A DNA stretch of 32,000 nucleotides from Crocosphaera subtropica ATCC 51142 (GCF_000017845.1 NC_010546.1:3990001-4022000); one strand, 5' to 3'. Shown: positions 6,673 to 15,080, counted from the first letter of the stretch. Made by a program: numbers and translations. The notes: generated from the sequence alone by a model not told the origin.

Positions 6673-9024
6673 TTATTTGATGTCAATGGTGACTTTTTCA
6701 ATCTCTCCGGTAAACTTAAAGGGAGGTTGATATTGATTACTTACCGGTGCTTGGAAGTCTGCACCAACGTCCATTGTATCTACCCCAAAACGACCTGGAA
6801 CGGTCTTCTCGATAGGACTTTGTGCAACCTTGCGGTTATTAACATAAAGGGTTGCGGTTCCTCCTTTACCTACACCACCGTCATAGTCAAAGTCGAAACG
6901 CACCTTAACTTTACCAGTGGGAAGAGAAGTATCAGAGGCGATATCTGTACGTTCTAAGTCAAACCAGTTGTAATGATAGTGCAACTTCCCATCTTGGACG
7001 TACAAACTATAACCCCCAGTGGTTCCCCCCATTGCTAAAATGGTTCCTTCTGCACCGTTTTCGGGAATAATTAAATCGGCTGTAATACTATGAGAAACAT
7101 TCTTCGTATTAGGGGCAGTTCCTTCGGGAATATGAGCCATTCCAGGGTAAAGATCGAAATGATCACGGCCTAAAGTAAAACTAGGACGCAATGTTACATC
7201 TACTTTTTCAGCAAAACGATCATCTAGAGGAAAGACGTTATATTTATCCCCTTCTAAAAAGAATAACTGTTTTAACTCGGTTAACTTTTTAGGGTTTTCT
7301 GCCGAAAGATCCGTAGACTGGGTAAAATCTTCTTCTAAGTTAAAGAGTTCCCATTTATCTTCATCAAAGGGAAACGTTCCTGATGTTATCCAAGGGTAAC
7401 GGTTATGAAAGGCTGAAGCCATCCAACCTTGATCATAGATAGCACGATGACCTAACATCTCAAAATACTGTGTCTTGTGACGATCTTCTGCTTGTTCTCC
7501 GTTTTTGTCAAAAGTATAGGCCATACTCACCCCTTCAATGGGTTTCTGGGGAATACCGTTATAAAAACGAGGTTCCGTAATACCGGCCACTTCTAAAAGG
7601 GTGGGTGCAATATCAATGACATGATGAAATTGATCCCTAACGGTTCCCGTGTCTTTAATTTTAGCGGGCCAAGAGATTACTGTTGCGTTACGGGTTCCTC
7701 CAAAATAAGAAGCTACTTGTTTAGTCCAACGGAAAGGAGTATCCATGGCCCAGGCCCAGCTAACAGCAAAGTGGGGGGAGGTTTCGGGACTACCCCAATA
7801 CTCATAACAACGACGGTTATCTTCCATCGTTAAGTTGTAACCGTTGAGGTTTAGCACTTCATTACAAGTACCAATAAGACTCCCTTCTGCACTTGAACCG
7901 TTATCCCCATCAATATAGATGATCAGGGTATTATCTAGATCACCGAGTTCGTCAATAGCATCGACAACCCGACCAATTTCATGATCAGTATATTCTAGGA
8001 AACCCGCGTAAGTTTCCATCTGACGGGCGAGAATTTTTTGATCTTCGGGACTAAAACTATCCCATGCTGGCATAGCTTCGGGACGGGGTGTTAACTTAGC
8101 ATTAGCAGGAATCACCCCTAATTTTTTCTGGCGTTCAAAAATAATCTCCCGTTCCTTGTCCCAACCGTGATCAAATTTCCCTTTGTACTTTTTAACATAG
8201 TCTTGAGGGGGTTGGTGAGGGGCATGAACCGCACCAGGGGCAAAATAGGCAAAGAAGGGACGATCCGGCGCTATGGATTCATTGTAACGTATCCAGGCGA
8301 TCGCTTTATCCGCTAAATCGTGGGTTAAATTATAGCCGTCTTCGGGGAATACTGTCTGTTCTACGGGGTTTTGATTCTCAAATAGGGTGGGATACCATTG
8401 ATCCGTTTCTCCCCCGATAAAGCCATAAAAATAGTCAAATCCTAAGCCATTCGGCCACCGTTGATAAGGGCCGACTTGACTGGTTTGATTATCCGGTACA
8501 TTGTGATTTTTGCCAAACCAGGCGGTACTATAACCACTTTGTTGTAAAATTTGTCCGATGGTTGCGGTACTTTGAGGAATTAACCCCGTATAACCAGGAT
8601 ATCCTGATGCCATTTCTTGAATGACTCCCGAACCCACAGAATGATGGTTGCGTCCGGTTAATAAGGCTGCGCGAGTGGGGGAACATAAAGCGGTTGTATG
8701 AAACCGATTATACCGTAACCCATTATCCGCTAATTTATCAAAGGTCGGAGTGGCAATGGAACCTCCGAAGGTACTCGCAGAACCAAAACCAGCATCATCA
8801 ATTAAAACCAATAAGATGTTAGGGGCATCTTTTGGGGCCTGTATGGGTTTTAATAAGTTAGGATCAGATTCTGATTGTTTGTAGGTGATGCCAATTTTAC
8901 CGTTAAATTGAGGATCAGGTCGAGGTAATAATTCTTCTGCGATCGCAGGTAACATTGTTAATTGAAGGATCAATACAACCGTTACTGCTACACTTAGCAG
9001 TGGTTTCCAAAGAAATTGTGTCAT
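6673..9024 (-). CDS. Arylsulfatase, AtsA-like ~780-aa type (Cys-type, secreted), paralog of 1184-3547
   Basis: 783 aa with a signal peptide (...MLPAIAEE), LVLIDDAGFG and LCSPTRAALLTGRNHHSVG. It is collinear with sulfatase 1 over the whole length. Confidence 0.93.
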   Translation of the reverse strand: MTQFLWKPLLSVAVTVVLILQLTMLPAIAEELLPRPDPQFNGKIGITYKQSESDPNLLKPIQAPKDAPNILLVLIDDAGFGSASTFGGSIATPTFDKLADNGLRYNRFHTTALCSPTRAALLTGRNHHSVGSGVIQEMASGYPGYTGLIPQSTATIGQILQQSGYSTAWFGKNHNVPDNQTSQVGPYQRWPNGLGFDYFYGFIGGETDQWYPTLFENQNPVEQTVFPEDGYNLTHDLADKAIAWIRYNESIAPDRPFFAYFAPGAVHAPHQPPQDYVKKYKGKFDHGWDKEREIIFERQKKLGVIPANAKLTPRPEAMPAWDSFSPEDQKILARQMETYAGFLEYTDHEIGRVVDAIDELGDLDNTLIIYIDGDNGSSAEGSLIGTCNEVLNLNGYNLTMEDNRRCYEYWGSPETSPHFAVSWAWAMDTPFRWTKQVASYFGGTRNATVISWPAKIKDTGTVRDQFHHVIDIAPTLLEVAGITEPRFYNGIPQKPIEGVSMAYTFDKNGEQAEDRHKTQYFEMLGHRAIYDQGWMASAFHNRYPWITSGTFPFDEDKWELFNLEEDFTQSTDLSAENPKKLTELKQLFFLEGDKYNVFPLDDRFAEKVDVTLRPSFTLGRDHFDLYPGMAHIPEGTAPNTKNVSHSITADLIIPENGAEGTILAMGGTTGGYSLYVQDGKLHYHYNWFDLERTDIASDTSLPTGKVKVRFDFDYDGGVGKGGTATLYVNNRKVAQSPIEKTVPGRFGVDTMDVGADFQAPVSNQYQPPFKFTGEIEKVTIDIK

Positions 9025-9043
9025 TGTTTTATGGTTAAATTTA

Positions 9044-9092
9044 GGAGTAAGGAGTCAGGAGACAGGAGTCAGGAGTCAGGAGTTAGGGAACA
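9044..9092. repeat. Heptanucleotide tandem repeat (GGAGTCA)n, STRR-like, 6-7 units
   Basis: ggagtaa ggagtca ggagaca ggagtca ggagtca ggagtta gggaaca. It begins 20 bp upstream of the sulfatase-2 start codon. On the gene's own strand the unit reads TGACTCC. Confidence 0.85.
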
Positions 9093-9175
9093 AGACAAAA
9101 ACGTATCTTCTGAGAGTAAGAAAGGCTATAGTAAATTGTTAAATTATTGATGTGATCAGAAAAAGAACACCAATA

Positions 9176-9301
9176 AATGATTATGTAACGATAGTGAATG
9201 ATTTTGTCACAATGGTCAACCATTTTGTAAGAGTGATCAATAATTTTGACTTATTGAACAATTATTTTGTAACACTAAGCAACATTTTTTGATTGTCATT
9301 G
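9176..9301. repeat. Six head-to-tail 21-bp direct repeats with the core AAnnATTTTGT; a candidate protein-binding array or curved-DNA element
   Basis: Units start at 9176, 9197, 9218, 9239, 9260 and 9281. The T-tract core recurs at exactly 21-bp spacing (9181, 9202, 9223, 9244, 9265, 9286). Confidence 0.8.
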
Positions 9302-9455
9302 CGAGGGGAATGAACAACTATTCTAGTTGTCTGTTTTGTTATTATCCCCCCGAAGCAATCTTTAAAACGTCTAACCTATAACTAGAGATTGCTTCGGAGG
9401 CAAAATAAAGTTTAAATTCTTTTCTTTAATTAAGGTTTTGCCTCCTCGCAATGAC
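9295..9455. mobile_element. MITE-like nested-palindrome repeat, best-preserved full-length copy (161 bp)
   Basis: gtcattgcgagggg...ccccccgaagcaatct-[27-nt loop]-agattgcttcggagg...cctcctcgcaatgac. Outer TIRs of ~14 nt enclose an inner 14-nt inverted repeat. Confidence 0.7.
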
Positions 9456-9499
9456 ATTGTTCATAAACGAGTCATTTTACAACGTTAAATAATGTTACA

Positions 9500-10105
9500 A
9501 TGATTGATAACGCTTTAACCTTTGTAGAAATTCAAACCTATTTGAATCAATACGGTTACACCAAAATTAAACTACAAGAAGGCAAAAAGCTTTATAGTAT
9601 TGCTCTAGAAGCTTATCAAAAACAACAACAAAGATATGGACAACAAATGAGTTCAACCAAAACGGTTAATGAACTTTGGAAAAATGCCAAAGACAGTTAT
9701 ATGCGTTGTGTCAAAATAGCCAGAGTTGCTTTTAAAGACAATAATGGTATTGCTAGAACGTTAGGCTTAAATGGAAAAAGGAAAACAACCCTTTCGGGAT
9801 GGTTAAACCAAGCAAAACAGTTTTATCAAAATGCCTTAAATGATCCCGAAATTCTTAAAAGATTAACCGAATATGGCATTACAAAAACTAAACTAGAAGT
9901 TGTAAAAACTGATACTGATCTCTTAGAAAACGCCAGTTTAATTCGAGAAAAAGAAAAAGGTGACGCACAAAACGCAACAGATTTAAAAGATCAAGCATTA
10001 GAAAATTTACGTCTTTGGTTAAAAGACTTTATTGCTATTGCCAAAATTGCTTTAGAAACAGAACCCCAACTATTAGAAGGACTTGGGGTTTTAAAACGTT
10101 CATAA
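9500..10105 (+). CDS. Hypothetical protein
   Basis: 201-aa ORF, helical and charged, with two internally related halves (LNQYGYTKIKLQEG... / LTEYGITKTKLEVV...). It is bracketed by MITE copies. No recognisable family. Confidence 0.5.
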   Translation: MIDNALTFVEIQTYLNQYGYTKIKLQEGKKLYSIALEAYQKQQQRYGQQMSSTKTVNELWKNAKDSYMRCVKIARVAFKDNNGIARTLGLNGKRKTTLSGWLNQAKQFYQNALNDPEILKRLTEYGITKTKLEVVKTDTDLLENASLIREKEKGDAQNATDLKDQALENLRLWLKDFIAIAKIALETEPQLLEGLGVLKRS

Positions 10106-10108
10106 AAT

Positions 10109-10178
10109 GTCATTGTAACTGTAGCCGTAGAGTCGTAAAGCAATCTTTTTCTCATGTAGAGATTGCCTTGGGGTATTA
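10109..10178. mobile_element. MITE-like repeat, left part, truncated by IS630 copy B
   Basis: gtcattgtaac...aagcaatct-[loop]-agattgccttggggtatta, then the TA target site of the IS. Confidence 0.5.
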
Positions 10179-10186
10179 TAGCTAGT

Positions 10187-10807
10187 CTAACTGAATCGTG
10201 AAAAAGCCTCGTAGTTTTTAAAATTAGGAAGATTGAATAGTTTCAACTCAACAAAAAGTTGAAAAAGACGTTTAACAATTTTAAAATTTTTCCCAAATCT
10301 ATAAAATCTTCTCAGTAAAGTTTTGAGTTGTAACCAAATTGCTTCTACGGGATTTTCTTGAGGGGAATAAGGAGCAAAAAGACAACAGGTTACTCGCCAT
10401 TCTTCTGGTGACAAATCTTGATTTTCTCTAGCTAAAAACTTTTGCATTTCTTTTCCTCTATGATAACTGGCTCCATCCCAAATCCATAAGGTTTTAGCTT
10501 CGGGATTTTTTTTCTGTAATTGTTGGACAAAATCTACCGTGTTTTTTCCATTTCCTTTTTGATAAGGAAGCAAAATAAATTCTTGAGTTAATAAATTTAA
10601 TGCCCCATAATATGTCTGTCTTTCTTTAGGATTTAAAAGAGGAATTTTTAAGGGTTCTTTTATTAAGTTCCATAGATATCCGCAAATATCCTCCCAGTGA
10701 AGATGACATTCATCAACTATATACACTATCAGCTTTCCTGAATCTATTTCCTCTCGTCTATTTTCCAGAATTTGCGCTATTTCTTGGTTTTTTTTTGAGT
10801 GACTTCT
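10187..10807 (-). CDS. IS630 transposase DDE segment (copy B)
   Basis: The mirror image of 5608-6228, with an identical 179-aa tracked ORF. Confidence 0.8.
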   Translation of the reverse strand, partial: RSHSKKNQEIAQILENRREEIDSGKLIVYIVDECHLHWEDICGYLWNLIKEPLKIPLLNPKERQTYYGALNLLTQEFILLPYQKGNGKNTVDFVQQLQKKNPEAKTLWIWDGASYHRGKEMQKFLARENQDLSPEEWRVTCCLFAPYSPQENPVEAIWLQLKTLLRRFYRFGKNFKIVKRLFQLFVELKLFNLPNFKNYEAFSRFS

Positions 10808-11025
10808 TCATGATATCTAGGATTAATTTGTTGCCCCTTTTGCCAAGAAATTTTCGCCTCTTTTAAAATCTTATAATAACTTTGAAGAGATTGATAAACC
10901 ACATCATATTTCTCAATTAGATAAACTTCTAGTTCAGAAATATCCCAGGTTTTTTGTTCAATTAGCCACTCAATTATCTCGGTACGTTCTTGATTTGTTA
11001 AGTAACTTTTACTTCCTTTGTATCC

Positions 11026-11238
11026 TTATTTTAAACCATTTATACCCCCAAAATTAAAAGCATTAACCCATTTACTAATAAATCCTAGTGACACAGATAA
11101 AATTTCTGAGACTCTTTCATAACGATAGCCTTCTAGCACTAACTTTACCGCTAAAGCTCTTTGAGTCTCTCTCCCGTTTGATGAATTTTCAAGAAACTCT
11201 TTAATTAGCTCAATTTTCTCCTTATTGTCTGTTATCAT
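11026..11238 (-). CDS. IS630 transposase HTH segment ending in the same in-frame TAA (copy B)
   Basis: The mirror image of 5177-5389, with an identical 70-aa ORF. Confidence 0.7.
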   Translation of the reverse strand: MITDNKEKIELIKEFLENSSNGRETQRALAVKLVLEGYRYERVSEILSVSLGFISKWVNAFNFGGINGLK

Positions 11239-11427
11239 GAGTTTGTTTCTTTTTGAAATTACTCTTTTAATTTTACCTAAACAGAGCTTTTTTTATTCAC
11301 GACTCATTTAGAAACGCTATAAATATAGTATTGTTTATTCATGGGTTTTCTTTGTCAATTATTTTATCATAAATTTTTTTAAGCGATCGCAGTTATTATT
11401 GCAACAAAAGTATGACATTAATAAACT

Positions 11428-11509
11428 GTCATTGCAAACTTTTGGGATTGCTTCGGGATGTTGTTAATGAGAATAAAGGGTTATAGTTATTTTCTTCCCT
11501 CGCAATGAC
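11428..11509. mobile_element. MITE-like repeat, short variant
   Basis: gtcattgcaaac...gggattgcttcggg...ccctcgcaatgac. Confidence 0.55.
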
Positions 11510-12104
11510 ATTTCAAAATAAATATAATAATCAAAAACTTTGATTGAAAGGATATCCTCACTTAACCTTTTATGGAGAACGATCCTTAACCCGTTGGGAA
11601 TTTGTGGCCGGGTTAAATGCTTGTTTAAATACCATTGAACGTTTATTGCAAAATAATGTAGCAGTTTTAAGAGAAGACATTGAAATATTTAAACGCCTTG
11701 CAAAAGCCTTTGACGAAGATTTACAGGTTATTGGAACTCGCTTAAGTAACTTAGAAAACCGTACTGCCTATCTCGAAGATCATCAATTTTCTACCACTAC
11801 TAAACTCGCCGGTTCGGTGGTATTTTCTGCTAGTGATGTATACGGAACCGATAACCGTAAAAACAATGCAATTTTAGACTATCGAACCAATTTTAACTTT
11901 ATCACCAGTTTTACAGGAAACGACCTGTTAATTAGCAGTTTTTATGCAGGGAATACCCCCTTAGACATTAGTTTTAACCTTGCCACTACCGATGTACCGA
12001 CTCCATCAGGTATTACCCTTCCCCTACCCACCGCAGAAGGTACATTATCCTCTCAGTTTGCAGGGAATACCAACAACCAACTGAAACTATAGCATTTCCC
12101 ACAG

Positions 12105-12671
12105 TTATGAAGTACAGTAACAGCAATGAGCAAACCAGTTACGAATATCTTTTTGAGTTACTTGTAACATGGCAAAAGTAAGAGAATCTATTAAATCTTT
12201 ATAGTTTCTTGCTTTAATTTTTCTTAAAATAGCTTTGACCTTTGACCAAAAGTTTTCAATGGGAGAAAACTCAGGAGAATAAGGGGGTAAATACATTAAA
12301 CTAGCTCCAGCTTCTTCAATAGCCTCTCTGACTATTTCTCCTAAATGAATTTTAGCATTATCCATAACAACACAAGCACCTGTCCATAATTTAGGCACTA
12401 ATTCTGTAACAATAAAAGCTTCAAAAGTCACTCCATTTACTGAACCATAAATATTAGCAAAAGCTAATATTTTTTCTAAAAATAATGCTCCTATTATCGA
12501 GATATTATGCCCTCGCTTTTGTGGCTTTTCCCCCCTAGCTCTTGTTCCTTTTAATGACCTAGCATATAACCTAAGCATTGCTAGATTGACTCCTGATTCG
12601 TCTATAAAGACTAAGTTTTCTACTCTTATTCCTCTGATAACTTTCCAATACTCTACTCTTTTCTTTAGCAC
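12105..12671 (-). CDS. IS630 transposase, DDE part (orfB), reached by a +1 shift at an A8 run
   Basis: LVFIDESGVNL...VVMDNAKIH...PPYSPEFSPIENFW (DDE motifs). Its frame is open from 5 codons upstream of the A8 run (12704-12711) and reads KKTLYAPEKENVKVLKKRVEYW. Confidence 0.85.
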   Translation of the reverse strand: MLKKRVEYWKVIRGIRVENLVFIDESGVNLAMLRLYARSLKGTRARGEKPQKRGHNISIIGALFLEKILAFANIYGSVNGVTFEAFIVTELVPKLWTGACVVMDNAKIHLGEIVREAIEEAGASLMYLPPYSPEFSPIENFWSKVKAILRKIKARNYKDLIDSLTFAMLQVTQKDIRNWFAHCCYCTS

Positions 12672-12687
12672 TTTAACATTTTCTTTT

Positions 12688-13053
12688 TCAGGAGCATATA
12701 AGGTTTTTTTTAAGAGAATAATTCAGTTTTTGACTTATTCTCCCTATGGTACTTTTTCCAACTTTTACTCCTGTTGCTTTTTCAAGCAACTCTGATAATT
12801 CTTCAAAAGTGGCATCATTATTCTTTTCCATTAGCTCAATTAAGATTATTAATTGTTCGCTATTTAGTTTACAGGGAGGTCTTCCTCCTTGGGGTAGAGG
12901 TCTAATATCTCCAGTTTCTTTATATTTTTTAATTAATTTTTGAATAAAACTTTTCGATACTCCAAAGTGTTGAGCTAGTTTTCTTATAGAAATTTTCTCT
13001 TTTTTCCAAATTTCTATAATCTTATTTCTTAGGTCTATTGAGTAAGGTCTCAT
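12688..13053 (-). CDS. IS630 transposase, N-terminal HTH part (orfA)
   Basis: 121 aa: MRPYSIDLRNKIIEIWKKEKISIRKLAQHFGVSKSFIQKLIKKYKETGDIRP... (paired HTH). It ends 13 nt after an A8 run. Confidence 0.8.
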   Translation of the reverse strand: MRPYSIDLRNKIIEIWKKEKISIRKLAQHFGVSKSFIQKLIKKYKETGDIRPLPQGGRPPCKLNSEQLIILIELMEKNNDATFEELSELLEKATGVKVGKSTIGRISQKLNYSLKKNLICS

Positions 13054-13933
13054 TTTTTAAGCGATCCCGAAGGGATCTGCTCCGCAGTGCGCATAATATA
13101 GTTTCTCCCTTAGTGTACCTCATGGGTATGGGAAATGCTATACTATCCTTTCAATACACCTTTCCCGTTGATGACAAACTAAGACTAAATTTTGCAGGTA
13201 GTATCACCGCTTTCCACCCCTTAGTCCCCACCCTAAAACCTTATATAGACGACCTTGACGGGGGGAAAGGGTCAATTTCTGAGTTTGGACAACGTAACCC
13301 CATCTATGCGGCCAGTGGCGGTGGAACGGGGTTAATGCTTAATTATAAGTTTACCGACGGTTTAAAACTCTCTGCCGGTTATTTAGCCGATGGGTTAACC
13401 GCCGGTAACCCCCGTCAAGGCAATGGCTTATTTAATGGAGGTTATGGGGCATTAGGCCAGTTAACCTGGGACATAACGGATGGTTTTTCTATTGCCGGGG
13501 TATATGTCAACGAGTATGCACCACCCGGACGCTTTGGCTTTAATTATAATGGCCTAGGAGTCAGTGGTACAGCAGTGGCTAACTCGTTAGCGGGGCAAGA
13601 TATTCCCTTTGGTGGGGTGTTTGGGGTGGAACAGTTTCCCACTATATAGTAATGCTTACGGAGTCAACTTTTCTTGGCGCACCAGTCCAGAATTTACCGT
13701 TAATGGTTGGTTTACCACTACAAATGCTCGTTTAATTGGTCGAGGAGATGGCAATATATTAACCTACGCTTTAACCTTTGCCTTTCCTGACTTGGGAAAA
13801 GAAGGAAACTTACTGGGGTTTGTAGTCGGCGCACAACCCTATTTAACGGACTTTGAAGGAGGAAACCCCCAAGCGTTAAGAATAATTGAGAGCAACTTCT
13901 CTTGATTACTGATGCCATTTATAAACTTAAGTC

Positions 13934-13988
13934 GTCATTGCGAGGGGAGAACTCAACATTAATGTTTGATTTTACCCCGAAGCACTCT
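13934..13988. mobile_element. MITE-like repeat, left half only
   Basis: gtcattgcgaggggag...ccccgaagcactct, with no matching right half. Confidence 0.45.
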
Positions 13989-14005
13989 ACTGTTGAGAAC
14001 TGCTA

Positions 14006-14917
14006 TTAATTGAGTTTTAAAAGGTCTTCTAAAATGAGTGCTTGAATATGAATACCAATGAGAATGATCTCTATCCCTAATGCTAATTGCATCACCCCTA
14101 ACACTAATCCTGCTATTCGTAATGTGGGTAATTTAATGGTTTTTAAGATGGGACGAGCGAACAACATGGCTAATAAATTTAACATCATAACTAGAATTAG
14201 CATGACCGGAACAATAAAAGGACGGTCAGAAATGCGATTATTAAACACCATTAAAATTAAAGCCAGGGCAATCCCATAAGGGGGCAAAATGGTGGGAAAC
14301 GTCAAAGGATTGATCAACAGTTTCATGGAGGGTTCTAGCAAGGGTTCATTTTCTGCCGAACCTTTGTATTGAGACATCACTGCTTGTAAAGAGGCTAGGA
14401 ATAACATAATACCGGCAGCCATCAGCAATGCAGACATACTCACCGTCCATCTAGTGAGAATATTGCCACCAATGAGAACCACCAAGACAATAACAATGGT
14501 TGCCAGTCCTGCACCATTAAGGGCTAAACTTTTTCGGAGATCATCATCGGCATTTTGGGTGAGTTTGATGAAGGTAGGAATAATTTTAATCGGGCCTAAG
14601 GTTACGAAGAAGATAATAAAAATATTACCGGCACTTAAAACGCCACGAAATTGTTGTAACTCGCTTAGGTTTTGTTTTTCCCAACTTTGATATCTGTCAG
14701 GGTCTGTCTTAGGGGACTCGGTTTCTGACTCAGCTTGAGCTAATAGAAAGGGTTGCTCTAGGGGGGTTGCTGTTTCTATGACTCTATCGGTTGGCAGAGT
14801 AGCTACAACGGGGAAGTTAACTGAGAACCAAAGGGTTAACAGAGTGACAAGAGATAAGATAACAGCCATCAAGCAATGCTTTGTTAATCGAAAATGGGGA
14901 AAAACTTTAGATTTCAT
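14006..14917 (-). CDS. MarC-family (UPF0056) integral membrane protein with an N-terminal extension
   Basis: 303 aa. The C-terminal ~200 aa form 6 TM helices with MarC-like blocks (FFVTLGPIKIIPTF, LINPLTFPTILPPYGIALAL, LRIAGLVLGVMQLALGIEI). The N-terminal ~95 aa hold an extra TM helix plus an acidic linker. Confidence 0.55.
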   Translation of the reverse strand: MKSKVFPHFRLTKHCLMAVILSLVTLLTLWFSVNFPVVATLPTDRVIETATPLEQPFLLAQAESETESPKTDPDRYQSWEKQNLSELQQFRGVLSAGNIFIIFFVTLGPIKIIPTFIKLTQNADDDLRKSLALNGAGLATIVIVLVVLIGGNILTRWTVSMSALLMAAGIMLFLASLQAVMSQYKGSAENEPLLEPSMKLLINPLTFPTILPPYGIALALILMVFNNRISDRPFIVPVMLILVMMLNLLAMLFARPILKTIKLPTLRIAGLVLGVMQLALGIEIILIGIHIQALILEDLLKLN

Positions 14918-15080
14918 CCAAAAACCTCGTTAGTATCGTTAAATATTGTAATTAATTAGAAGGAGATAAAGGAAAAAGAATATTAATTAAGTCTCTAGTA
15001 ACTTTTGAGAATTAGTCTAAAAACATCAACTTCTACATCATATTTAGCTTTCATTGCTTCATCTTCTGTATTGTTAGTAA

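Larger units (their letters stand above)
10179..11319 (-). mobile_element. IS630-family insertion sequence, copy B (1141 bp), inverted relative to copy A
   Basis: Both encoded ORFs are identical to copy A. The ends and the A9 run that I checked are also identical. It is flanked by TA (10177-10178 and 11320-11321) and sits inside a MITE copy. Confidence 0.9.
12090..13140 (-). mobile_element. IS630-family insertion sequence, second type (1051 bp), with TA target duplication
   Basis: Terminal inverted repeats are tagcatttccca... / ...tgggaaatgcta. TA flanks both ends (12088-12089 and 13141-13142). Inside are an HTH ORF and a DDE ORF. Confidence 0.9.
11544..13905 (+). pseudogene. SLH-domain / OprB-family porin gene, inactivated by 5' truncation, IS630 insertion, a frameshift and 3' truncation
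   Basis: It starts mid-SLH domain (KGYPHLTFYGERSLTRWEFVAGLNACL), followed by a coiled-coil linker and beta-barrel repeats (GLKLSAGYLADG..., AYGVNFSWRTSPEFTVNGWFTTTNA). The IS sits at 12090-13140, and excising it rejoins the frame (...NNQLKL|LSFQYTFPVDD...). The frame switches from 3 to 1 near 13610-13650. Confidence 0.75.

Noticed and set aside
6649-7833. Tracked ORFs 6649-6957 (+) and 7621-7833 (+) antisense to sulfatase 2
   Set aside because: Shadow ORFs opposite a well-supported CDS. 6649-6957 would also start inside the terminator hairpin.
9044-9301. CRISPR array
   Set aside because: The repeats are 7 bp and 21 bp, directly abutting with no unique spacers. There are no cas genes in the window and no palindromic repeat of 28-37 nt.
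9176-9301. Plasmid-type iteron origin of replication
   Set aside because: The 21-bp phased direct repeats resemble iterons in geometry. However, there is no Rep-like gene (the adjacent 201-aa ORF shows no Rep features) and I could recognise no DnaA boxes or partition genes. I keep it only as an alternative to the regulatory-array reading.
5096-11319. Composite transposon carrying sulfatase 2 between the two inverted IS copies
   Set aside because: The two flanks of copy A rejoin into one intact antitoxin ORF with its own TA duplication. Copy A therefore inserted on its own into a pre-existing gene and did not arrive as the end of a composite unit. The arrangement is better read as two independent insertions, although inversion between them remains possible.
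13038-13142. Apparent Met start of ORF 13038-13649
   Set aside because: The first ~35 codons are IS630 sequence read on the opposite strand. The real porin frame resumes only at 13143, after the IS and its TA duplication.
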